Notes under the pieces: generated by a model
What the model was told of the DNA's origin: nothing
The model's database searches: none
Seen by the model: only the letters and a program-made list of their open reading frames with translations
Shown here: positions 14,601 to 26,029 of the stretch, one piece after another
Position numbering within the stretch: position 1 is the first letter of the stretch
Layout of the letters: the number at the start of each line of letters is the position of its first letter
Program-made: the position numbers and the translations under genes
Assembly (NCBI RefSeq): GCF_030028105.1
Contig: NC_092397.1
Location: 28,053,097-28,117,096, forward strand
From: Mobula birostris
Taxonomy: Eukaryota
DNA: 64,000 bases
Reading direction: 5' to 3'

Positions 14601-17600
14601 ATCTGTTCCTCTCTTACTGGCTGTTGTGAGGCTTCCAGTATAATCCTAGCACGGGGATTGCTCCTTTCTTATTCCTGAACTCTACCCACATTGTCTGACT
14701 GGAGGAGCCTCCAGGGTGACCTTGACCTTGTGACATTCTGCCTGATCAGCCGTACAGATCCCCAACCTCATTCACCTCCCTCTGGACTGTCTGAATCATC
14801 TGAATCCTGGAATGTTTCACTACCAGTCTTGCCCTTCTCTCAGCTGGATCTCTGTAAACACAAAATACTCTGCGGATGCTGGGGTCAAAACGAAAAGTCA
14901 CTGTTTTGGGCCGGAACTGTAATACCTTTTTTATTTATTTCCTCGCTAGCAGGTGGCACTGGGATTATCCCCACCCCCACCACAGAGTTTCTACTTAACT
15001 TTTCCTCAACTCCCTAAGTTCTTTTTGCAGGACTTGTCTCTTTTGTTAGAGCCAATATGGACCACGACCTCTGGCTGCTCACCCTGCCCTTTCAGAATGG
15101 CCTGTACTTTTTCAGTTCCATCCTCGACCCTGGTACCAGAGAGGTAATGCATCATCCTGCAGTCTGTCTCCTTACCACAGATACACCTGTCTGTGACCCC
15201 GGCTAAAGACTCCCCTGTCACTGAGGCTCACCGAGAACACAGAACAGTACAGCACAGGAACAGACCCTTCTTCCCATGATGTCTGTGCTGAACACGATGC
15301 CAAATGAAACTAAATCTCTTCTGCCTGCTTATAATTCATGTGCTTAAATTCTCTGAATATTCATGGACTTGTCTAAAACCCTGTTAAATGTCATTATCAT
15401 ATCTGCTTCCACCACTCCCCAAGGCAGCCCATACCCGGCCCTCACCACTCTCTGTACAAAAACAGAAATCTTACCTGCCCTAACGTCCACCTTTAAATTT
15501 TCACCCTGGCATTTTAAAGCTGCACCTTCTCATATTTGATATTTCTACCCTGGCAAGATGATTCTGCCTGTTTACCTTGTCTACACCTCTCATAGTTTTA
15601 TAAACTTCTGTCAGGTCTCCCCTCAGTCTCCTTCACTCCAGGGAAGACAGTCCCAGTCGGTCTGATCTTTCCTTGTAACTCAAGCCCCGCAGTCCAGGTA
15701 ACATTCCTGTGAATTGTTTCTGCACCTTTCCAGCTTAATCACATCCTTCCTCTCATGTGACCAGAACTGCACAGGGTACTCCTGGTGTGGTGTCATTATT
15801 GATATGTACAACTGTAATGTGATGACCCAACTCCTCTCATAGCCTTTGCCGATGAAGACAAGCATGTCGTGTTCCTTCTTCACCACCGTGTCTACCTGTG
15901 TTGGCACTTTCAGGGAATTATGCATCTGTGCCCCAGGTTTCTCTTTCATCAACACTCCTCAGGACCCTCCATTCAATGGGTACATCCTGACTTGCTTTAA
16001 CTTCCCAAAATCCATCATTGTGCACTTGTCTGTCACGGTAACAACACTTCTCTGTTTCTCTGCACCAACACCCCAGCAGTAAATGTCAATGAACCATTCA
16101 CCTCTGAACCTTGGTCATATATGGTTTTATGAACCACTCACTGCTCCCGTCTCTATTTTGTTGTGTAGTTCAGCACCTTGACCCCTCTCTATTTCTCTCG
16201 TTTACAATTTATCTCCACATAAATCACAGTCTGACTTTTGATTCCTCCTACCATTCTACATGCCATCACACTTCACCACATTAAACTCCATTTACCAAGT
16301 ATTCTACTCACCAGCTTCTTCTTATCCTGTTGGAGAGATGAAATGTCCAATCACATCATGTCCCCCACCACATTCCCTGTCATTGACCTCCCTCCTCTGG
16401 GTCATTAATATCAATAATAAATCATTGTCGATCCAGAACTGGTCACTGGGAAACTCCACTAGTTATATCATCCCAGTCTGAAACAGACCTGTTATTCTGT
16501 CTCAGTATGGTAACCAGTCTTCAGTCAGTATTAACACACTTCCTTCCCAGTACTGAGCTCTGGTCTTGTGCACCAGCCTTACTTGTGGCACCTTGGCAAA
16601 TGGCTCCCGAAAATCCAAAAACACCGCTTCTCCAACTTCCCCTGTAAAGTCTCAAATCTCTGGTATGTTTGTCAAACATGACTGAACGTTCAGCAACCCA
16701 GGTTACAGGGTCCAAGACCAGGTTCCAGATGGACAGGGTGGTGAAGAGGCTTTTGGAACACTGGCCTTCAGTCAGGGCACCGAATATAGAAGCTGGGATG
16801 AAATGTTGCAGTTGTCCAACACGTTGGTTTGGCCGCATTTCGCAAATAGTGTTTAGTTTTAGTGACCCTGCTGTCTGACAGACACCATTAAGCTGGGAAG
16901 AGAGCAGAGGAGGTTTACGAGGATGTTGCTGGATCTTGAAGGACTGATTTGTGGAAAGCGTTTTGGTCAATTTTCCCTGGAATGTTGGAGAATGAGTAAT
17001 GATATTGCAGAGGTGTAAAAAAATAATAAGGGGCCTGAGTTGGGTCAAAGATAACAATCATTTTGCCAGTGTTGGGGAATCAAGAACTGGAGGGCATTGG
17101 TTTAAGATGAGATTTAATAGGAACCTGAAGGGCAACTTTTCCAGTTGGTGGTGGTGAGGGGGTTGCAGACCACGAGCTCAGATGGAAACTTTGGTCATCG
17201 TGGACAATTTAAGCTGAAGGTCTTGTTTCTGTGCTGTGTGAATCTGACTGTAAACCCTGTTGACTTAGTTCAATGACATTAAACTTTTCGAAATGATTTG
17301 CTATTTCTTGATAGATTATCGACTCCAGTACCTGAAGTGAAGTTAACAGGACTACAGTTACCTTCCACCATTCTTCAACAATGGTTTTCAACTAACTGGG
17401 ACCTTTCTGTAACAGTGAGTTTTGACAGACTTCAATGTCTCTCCTTTCTCTCCTTTCTCTCCAGACTTTAGTGCAGGTCGTTGGGACCTGGTAATGTTTG
17501 CTTTTAGTCCCATTAGTTTCTCCCTGGAGACGGCGGTTGTTACACATTATGGCACAATATTGAAATGTCACCATCAGATATCTGTGGGATGTTTTCTGTG

Positions 17601-17619
17601 TCCCCACTGTGAACACTAA
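11620..17619. mobile_element. Mosaic of decayed CR1 fragments (ORF1, endonuclease and RT pieces, both orientations)
   Basis: ORF 13457-13873 (LYLNTRSVRNK), 13204-13491 (VVYRPPNS), 15006-15221 (ORF1 esterase EQPEVVVHIG), 15680-15955 (EYPVQFWS). Confidence 0.8.
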
Positions 17620-17741
17620 CTCCTTGTCGGTCTGATGGTCTGATGTTCAGTGCAGACTGGCAATCCTGCGACACCGCTGGTGCTTGACTCCATCGGTCTC
17701 CGCTGTTGCTCTGGATTCATCAGCTCCTGCATGGGCGACTG

Positions 17742-18071
17742 CTTGCTTTACGTTTCGTACGTCCCCGACTTGCTTTACGTTTCGTACGTCCCCGACTTGC
17801 TTTACGTTTCGTACGTCCCCGACTTGCTTTACGTTTCGTACGTCCCCGACTTGCTTTACGTTTCGTACGTCCCCGACTTGCTTTACGTTTCGTACGTCCC
17901 CGACTTGCTTTACGTTTCGTACGTCCCCGACTTGCTTTACGTTTCGTACGTCCCCGACTTGCTTTACGTATCGTACGTCCCCGACTTGCTTTACGTATCG
18001 TACGTCCCCGACTTGCTTTATGTTTCGTACGTCCCTGACTTGCTTTACGTATCGTACTTCCCCGACTTGCA
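17742..18071. repeat. 27-bp CpG-rich minisatellite, 12 copies plus a partial (CTTGCTTTACGTTTCGTACGTCCCCGA)
   Basis: Units start at 17742, 17769 ... 18039; copies 1-8 identical, copies 9-12 carry point variants. Confidence 0.97.
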
Positions 18072-18139
18072 TATCGATTTCCACAGCTAGGGCGCAATAT
18101 CCATGGTCGACCCTGACCAGCGGAGAGCCATCACCAACA

Positions 18140-18510
18140 TGTTTGCATGTGGCCTCCTCTACTGCTACGACGAAGCCAAGTACAGGTTGGCCGAACAACA
18201 CCTCATATTCTGACTGTGCAGCCTCCAATCTTGATAGAATGAACATTGATTTCTACCAATTCCGGATATCACTACACTCTGTTTCCCTCACCCCCACTTC
18301 TTTTCCCCCATTCTGATACCATTTAACCCCTTCACCTCTCTTCACACACCCTCATGACCTGCCCATCAACTCTGTCTGGTTCTCCACCTCCTTCGTGTCA
18401 TCCCATGGTCCAAAGTTCTCTCCTATTGGATTCCTTTCTCTTCATCGCTTTGCCTTTTCTGCCTGTCACCCAGCTCCTCAGATCATCATCCCTCCACAAA
18501 CCACACGTTC
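18140..18510 (+). mobile_element. Penelope-like element remnant (GIY-YIG C-terminal region and pyrimidine-rich tail)
   Basis: 'ggcctcctctactgc...gaacaacacctcatattc...agcctccaa...atgaacattgatttct' (GLLYC..EQHLIF..SLQ..MNIDF), homologous to 39130-39210 and 42900-43005. Confidence 0.7.
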
Positions 18511-18514
18511 CCTA

Positions 18515-18880
18515 AGGATGAGCTGTACCTAATGCAATCTGCAAGAGAACTGAGACTTCAGAAAAGATTTGTTTTCCAGCAAGACAATGACTGCGAGCTT
18601 AAAACCAAAGCTGCACAGGAATGCCTTAAGACAACACAGTTCATGTCCTGGTGTGGCCAAGTCAGAGTCCAGACCTCAGTCTGTGGCTGGACTTGAAAAG
18701 GGCTGTTCACTCATAAACTCTGTGCATTCTGACAGACCTTGAGCAGTTTTGTAAGGAAGAATGGGAAAAATTGCAGTGTCCAGATGTGCAAAGCTGATAG
18801 TGACCTATCCACATAGACTCATGGTTGTAATTGCTGCCAACGGTCCATCGACTAAATACTGACTTGAAGGAGGTGAATAC
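18515..18880 (+). mobile_element. Tc1 transposase 3' fragment (inverted paralog of 53930-54290)
   Basis: 'ttccagcaagacaatgac' (FQQDND), 'tggccaagtcagagtccagacctc' (WPSQSPDL). Confidence 0.85.
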
Positions 18881-19489
18881 ACCTACCTGCACAGGGTCCA
18901 TTCCCTGTACGTTATATTACATGACACCCTTACTCTTATGTTTAACACCCTGACCAGTGGAAACCAGCATTCTGCACACCTTATCCCGTTGTGTAGCCAC
19001 ATTCAGTGAACTATGTGCCTGGATCCCAAGATCACTCTTTACACCAATGCTGTGAAGGGGTCAGACATTAACATTATACTTTCTTCTTTCATTTGACCTC
19101 CCAAACTGCAACGCCACATTCCCTCCCAGATTAAATTCCTTCTGCAGCTACTCTGCATATCTGTTTGTGATCTGTATCCCACTGTGTGCATTGATCAATA
19201 TCTACACTGTCCACAATTCCACCTATCTTGCTGTCACCTGTAGACTTGTAAACCGCCCATCAACATTTTCATCCAAACATCGATATATATCAGAAACAAC
19301 ATAATTCCCAGCATCAATCCTTGTGGATCACCACTGCTCACAGACTTCCAGCCCTACTTAGCCTTCTATGAGAAAGCCATTTCTGAATTGAAATTGCAAT
19401 TTATATTGAATCCCACTGCTCTTTTTCAAATGCCGTACTGAGGTTTATGTGGATCATGTCCACAGCCTTGCCCTCATCAAGCACCAAGA

Positions 19490-21500
19490 TGTTGGGTCTC
19501 ATTCTTTTCACATTATATGTCAATGATTTGGATGATGGAATTCATGAATTTATTGCAAAATTTGCAGATGATATGAAGAGACAGGTGGAGGTGCAGGTAT
19601 TTTTGAGGAAATAGGGAAGGACAGACAGATGAAGAGAATGGGCAAAGAAGTGGCAGATGGAATACAGAATTGGGAAGTGTATGGTCATGCACTTTGGTTG
19701 AAGAAATAGTAGGGTTGATTATTTTCTAAATGGAGAGAAGATACAAAAAATTGAGGTACAAAGGGATTTGGGAGTCATTGTGCAGGATTCTCTAAAGGCT
19801 AATTTGCAGGTTGGGTCTCTGCTGAGAAAGGCAACTGTGATGTTAGCATTCATTTCAAGAGGACTGGAATATAAAAACAAGACTGTAATGTTGAGACTTT
19901 ATGAAGTACTGGCAAAGTCTCACTTGGAGTATTGGGAGCAGTTTTGGGCCCTGTATGGAAGGGTGAGCTGAAACTGGATGGGTTTCAAACGAGATTCTCT
20001 GAAATGATTCCAGGATCAAACAGCTTGTCATATGAAGAACATTTCATGGCTCTGGGCCTTTCATTCACTGGAATTGAGAACAATGAGGGATGACTAATTG
20101 AAACCTATCACTGTGATAAAGTTGATGTGGAGAGGATGGGAGTGTAAGACCAGAGGACACAGCCGCAGAATAGAGGAGTATCCTTTTAGAATGGAGATGA
20201 GGAGGAATTTCTTTAGAGAGAGTGGTGAATCTGTGGAATTCGTTGTCACAGGCAGCAGCTGTGGAGGCCAAGGTATATTTAAGGTAGAGATCGATAGATT
20301 CTTGATTGGTCAGAGCATGAAGGGACACATGGAGAAGGCAGGAGATTGGGGCTGAGAGGAAAAATGGATCAGCCACAATGAAATGTCAGAGCAGACTCGA
20401 TGGGCCAAATGGTCTAATTCTACTCCTATACCTTAGTCTCTGTCATCACCTCACAAACCTCGAGCAACTTTGTCAAGCATGATCTGCCCACACAAAACCA
20501 TGCTGATTGTCCCTAAGCAGGCCATGCCTTTGCAAATGTGCATAAATCCTGTACCTCAATATTTAACTCTGACCTGGTGGTCTTTAAACAACTCCCACAT
20601 GTGGCTGCTCCCAATCAATGCCCCTTGGCTTCTGTCTTACTGCGTCCTATCTTGCCCTCCTGCAATTTAGTACCTTCTTACAAGATCTAATTTTATTCTT
20701 ACTCATAACTAAGAAAAATATAAGATCCCAAAATTTTCACTGAGTCTTGGCTGTCTCCTGGTCTGGTTCATTTCCCAAAACTAATTCCCACATGTTCTCA
20801 ACTCTGGTTGGGCTCGACATAATGTTTCAAACTTTCCTCAGATTCACTGAAGAAATCTTGCGCTTCTTAGTATTGAGCAAATTCCAGTCAATTCTAGGGA
20901 AGATAAAGTCCCTCCACTGGTTATTGTGGGGCCAGTGCAAACATCCCAACAGTGTAACTGCAGATTGCCTCTGTAAATGAACCTTCCAGTTTGCAGTGAC
21001 ATTCCCAGTGGGGTAACCTCTGCATCTTTTAACCCCCCCCTCCCACCCCCACTCACATGTAAAACAATCAAACCCAGGAATGTTGAGCTGCCAGCCCTGT
21101 CCGTCCGACAACATAAAACTCCTAATGTTGAAATAAACTCATTTCAGCCCAGCAATCCCACCATGTTTATTAGCCTGACATTGGCGCTCGTTCTTTTCAG
21201 ACTGTCTTGTCATACATACATTCTCCCACTTGCTACTCCAGTTCAAACTCTGCCAAGTGACACCATCAAACCTCCTGGTGAAGATATTGGTTCCGGTCCG
21301 GTTGAAATGCAAATGGTCTTGTTTGTCCCGGTCTCCCACCTGCCTGGACCACCCATGAATCCATGAATCTGAAAACCTCCCTCCTGCATCAGTTCCTCAG
21401 CAACATATTAAACTGCGCGAAATATCGATTTCCCACCACACTAGCGCATGGTTTTGGTCACAATTCCGCGATTACAATCCTGGAAGTCCTGCTTTTTTTA
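19490..21500. mobile_element. Decayed CR1 fragments (RT 3' half on + at 19490-20435; endonuclease/ORF1 fragments on -)
   Basis: KFADD-like 'aaatttgcagatgat' at 19558, ORF 19768-19971 (HLEYWEQFW), CR1 tail ~20430; ORF 21139-21339 (LHFNRTGTN). Confidence 0.7.
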
Positions 21501-21969
21501 AACCTAGTTCTCTAAAACCACTGTGTAGGACTTAACATCCCTGCTCGTTTAAACCCTTCCGTGTAGCACGAAGAAGGCTCCCCGGAAACATATTGGCTCC
21601 CCTCCTCCTTGGACCCGCCTCTCGTTTCCCTTGAGACCCAAAGATCCTTGTACCTGAAGAACCACCCACCTCGCACCAGCTCCTCAGCCACCCCTTTACC
21701 TGGGCTTTAGAAGGCGCCAGAAGCGCGGTCTATATATCTGGTTATGTATCCTGTTCTTGTATGTGACCAGTCTTTCATTTCCCTGACGACCCAGAGGAAC
21801 AATTGTTCTAATGAATCAACCCCCTCATCACTGGAAGTGACTGCACCCTCTCCCACCAACTGCTGTGTGTGAGGGCGCTGACACTGGTCATGGGGCCGGG
21901 AGGGACAGACCGAGGTCCTCGGGGATTTGTAGAATGGAAAAGCACTTCCTTTAATTTAAAGCAGGAGAA

Positions 21970-22574
<605 letters not shown>

Positions 22575-22607
22575 AAAACTCCCACCTCCTTCTGAGCACA
22601 AAACAAA

Positions 22608-22623
22608 GGCTCTTCTAAGAGCC
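22608..22623 (+). other. Histone 3' stem-loop (H4) followed by downstream element
   Basis: GGCTCTTCTAAGAGCC then ACCCA; purine-rich AAACGGAGCC ~22638-22647. Confidence 0.95.
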
Positions 22624-23094
22624 ACCCACCGCCTCACAAACGGAGCCGTATCCGCAGACTTTTAATTAGTTTTTATCGATACATTCAGTTGGGTTGCATT
22701 TGAAACAGATTGATCGAATCCGCTTGAAACATACTGCAATTCTGCCTTTCCAGTCAGTGATTACCGCAAAACCTGCATTAGGATCGATTTTAATCCTCTA
22801 TCAGTTTCGAACAGAAATCAGTTCACTCGTTTAGAGAACGATTCTGCAGTTGTGAATTTAAATCTTAACTGAGGAAATTAGATATTAAATTTATTAAACG
22901 AAACTGAATTTGTATAATTCGTCATACAATTAATTGTAAATAAAATGTAATCAAGCACCGTTGCTGGGTGGTCTTCAATTGCCAGGCGATTTTAAATTAA
23001 TCCGGCGCCAATCACTCTGCATCAATGAAGTCCGACCGCTCGGCAAATTTTTATTTGTCGTAAATTTTTATTCGCCGCCAGCCTACAGGAAAGG

Positions 23095-23662
<568 letters not shown>

Positions 23663-23691
23663 ACCCAGCCTCCACAACAAGCACAAGAAAA

Positions 23692-23707
23692 GGCTCTTTT
23701 AAGAGCC
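23692..23707 (+). other. Histone 3' stem-loop (H3)
   Basis: GGCTCTTTTAAGAGCC; downstream element AAAGGGCTG ~23724. Confidence 0.95.
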
Positions 23708-24516
23708 ACTACCACAGCAAAGGAAAGGGCTGTCGCTTGCTGATTATTGTAGTGACGATCTGCCTTCCTGATGGGGTTGTTCGGTTTTGCATTAACTGAC
23801 TGCAATCATCAGCTGTTCTGTGCCGACAGGTTAATTCAGCGAGAGACAGGAGATGAACGCGCTCCCTCCCTGTCAGGGTCTCATCTGGCCCTTCACTTCT
23901 CCCACAAACCTGGCATGTACAGCTGCTGCGGCTGTTACCGTTTTGTTTGCTTTCGACATGCCCGGCTGTCCTTGGAGTGGGAGCATGCGGTCGCGATGGG
24001 TACAGTGGGAGATTTCCGAGAGCGGTAATTATATATTTTTGATTTTATTCTTGTAAATGTTGTGTAAATAAACTTTTGTAGCTGGTACCTGATTGAAGGT
24101 CAGTCGGCAAAGTCGCCGGGTAGGTTATCATATATCTTCCCCCTGCAGTCCATCCCCAGAGACAGATCCCTCTCTCAAGACGCCCCCTCCCCTCTCACAC
24201 AGGTTTCAGCAGTTCCCAATCAACTCAGCTGAATCGGGCTTTGGGATGCGAGGTGCGGAATCTCAGTCACGCTGTCCTGGAGCGGGAGAACGAACTGGGC
24301 CTGCAGACCACCCCACCGGTCTCACTCTCTCTCACACACACACAACCCGAGTGAAACGCAGTGTTTCACTTCAAATCTGGGACGTCAGGGCCGCTCTGAA
24401 TGTCAGAGAGGTACCGGGAAAATCGGGTTTTATGCGGTAAGTTCCCCCGCAAAACTCAGTCGGACCCACAGCGGGAATCACAATATTCACGATCAGCTCT
24501 TTTCTGAGATGTGGGT

Positions 24517-24532
24517 GGCTCTGAGAAGAGCC
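24517..24532 (-). other. Histone 3' stem-loop (H1)
   Basis: Minus strand GGCTCTTCTCAGAGCC ACCCA; downstream element AAAAGAGCTG at 24494-24503. Confidence 0.95.
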
Positions 24533-24568
24533 GTTGGGTTCAAACACTTACAAACGGTATATCTCAAT

Positions 24569-25219
24569 TCACTTTTTGACTGCTGTCTTCTTGGCCGCCT
24601 TCTTCTTCGGGGCTGCGAGTTTCTTGGGGCTCTTTGGCTTCGACGCCGCTGGTTTCTTAGCTGCCGTTTTTTTAGCCGCTGGTTTCTTAGCTGCCGCTTT
24701 TTTAGCCGCTGGTTTCTTAGCTGCCGCTTTTTTAGCCGCTGGTTTCTTAGCTGCCGCTTTTTTAGCCGCTGGTTTCTTAGCTACCGCTTTCTTAGCCGCT
24801 GGGTTCTTGGCGCCAGACTTCTTGCTGGGAGATTTCTTGATGGCAGATTTCTTTACCGATGGCTTGTTCGCTTTCTTCACCGCTTTCACAGCACTTTTTC
24901 CTTGACCGGATTTAAAGGATCCCGAAAGACCCGCGCCCTTGGTCTGAACCAAGGAGCCGCTTTCCACTCTCTTCTTGATGCACATCCTGATCTGGGCGCG
25001 ACGTTTCCCCACATCGACACCGCTGCTGGTCAGAGCCTTCATGATGGCCACAGCGGACATCCCCTTCCTATCGCGACAATCCGCCACAATATTATCGATT
25101 TGTTCGCCCAGTTTGGGACCGGCTGGTTTGCTCCGGCCGGCCGCCTTCTTCTTGGGAGTCTTCTTTGCGGCGGCGGGTGCGGCTGGAGGAGCCGTTTCGG
25201 CGGGTGCTGTCTCGGTCAT
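24569..25219 (-). CDS. H1: Linker histone H1
   Basis: 216 aa; MTETAPAE N-terminus, winged-helix domain ending [17 protein letters not shown]-rich tail; stem-loop present. Confidence 0.95.
   Translation of the reverse strand: MTETAPAETAPPAAPAAAKKTPKKKAAGRSKPAGPKLGEQIDNIVADCRDRKGMSAVAIMKALTSSGVDVGKRRAQIRMCIKKRVESGSLVQTKGAGLSGSFKSGQGKSAVKAVKKANKPSVKKSAIKKSPSKKSGAKNPAAKKAVAKKPAAKKAAAKKPAAKKAAAKKPAAKKAAAKKPAAKKTAAKKPAASKPKSPKKLAAPKKKAAKKTAVKK
24645..24808 (-). repeat. 30-bp coding tandem repeat in the H1 tail ([10 protein letters not shown], about 5.5 copies)
   Basis: GCCGCTGGTTTCTTAGCTGCCGCTTTTTTA repeated almost identically. Confidence 0.95.
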
Positions 25220-25289
25220 GTCGGCGACTCTGGAAAATGCTTCTCACAATCAGACTGAATGAGAACTGAAGCGAAAGGCGGCGGCCCAG

Positions 25290-25370
25290 AGCAATTTAAA
25301 GACAGCGAGCGGACGGGGCGGAGACATCCTGCTGTCAGCTCCCGGAGACTTCATTTTTCTGTGTTTCTCT
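25290..25370 (-). promoter_or_regulatory. H1 promoter (H1/AC box, GC box, TATA-like)
   Basis: Minus strand AAACACA 25360-25366, CCGCCCC ~25315-25321, TTTAAA 25295-25300. Confidence 0.75.
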
Positions 25371-25759
25371 CTCCTCAAAAACTCTCCGATTCCAATTAAA
25401 ATCGGACACTCCAGAGACTCAGACTGGTCCTTGTCCGTCACTGAGGCCGCAAAGTTCGCCGGAAAGAGAGTTTAATCGGGATTAAAGGCAGCACTTTCTA
25501 TTTTAACCCGTTTGATTACTGCACTGCCCGCGATCTCTCTCCATTTTGTTGACCTGTTCTCTGCTTTTCGGCTGAAATTTTGAAACTAACTAAAACTTTG
25601 CGGTTAATTCCCGCTTCGGGACTGAGCTGGGGAGTGAGGCGATCCCATAACAGAGAAATCTTTTCATTTTGTACAGGAGGCGCTGGGAAATCCGGCGATG
25701 TGTTCGGACCCACAAACACAGTGATACTCGTCTAATCCGCCCGCCGCTTTAAAACACTC

Positions 25760-25920
25760 TCTCTGAATCAGCAAGTCAGGCAGCATCAATGCTGAGAATG
25801 AACAGTCGACATTTCGGGCCGAGTCCCTTCATCAGGACTCTGGTGGGAGATGCTGCCTGACTTGCTGGGTTCCTCCAGCATTTTGGCCGCGTTGTTCGCC
25901 ATTCCCAGAATCTCTTGTCG
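25760..25920. mobile_element. Inverted Penelope-like terminal fragments with a minimal hammerhead motif on the minus strand
   Basis: Minus 25803-25839: AGTC-CTGATGA-AGGGACTCGGCCC-GAAA-TGTC-GACT; perfect 19-bp inverted repeat 25769-25787/25849-25867. Confidence 0.7.
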
Positions 25921-26029
25921 TTATGCTGGCACAATGTTCACATCTGCACCTTCAGAGGCCTGTACTGCTGTCAGAACAAAACGACAGGTTCCTCGTCATA
26001 TAACACGGTGATAAATCTGATTCTGATTC

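Noticed and set aside
17742-18071. CRISPR-like array or repeat-protein gene (several ORFs cross it)
   Set aside because: Units are contiguous with no spacers, there are no cas genes and the context is vertebrate. The ORFs exist only because a 27-bp unit lacks stops in those frames.
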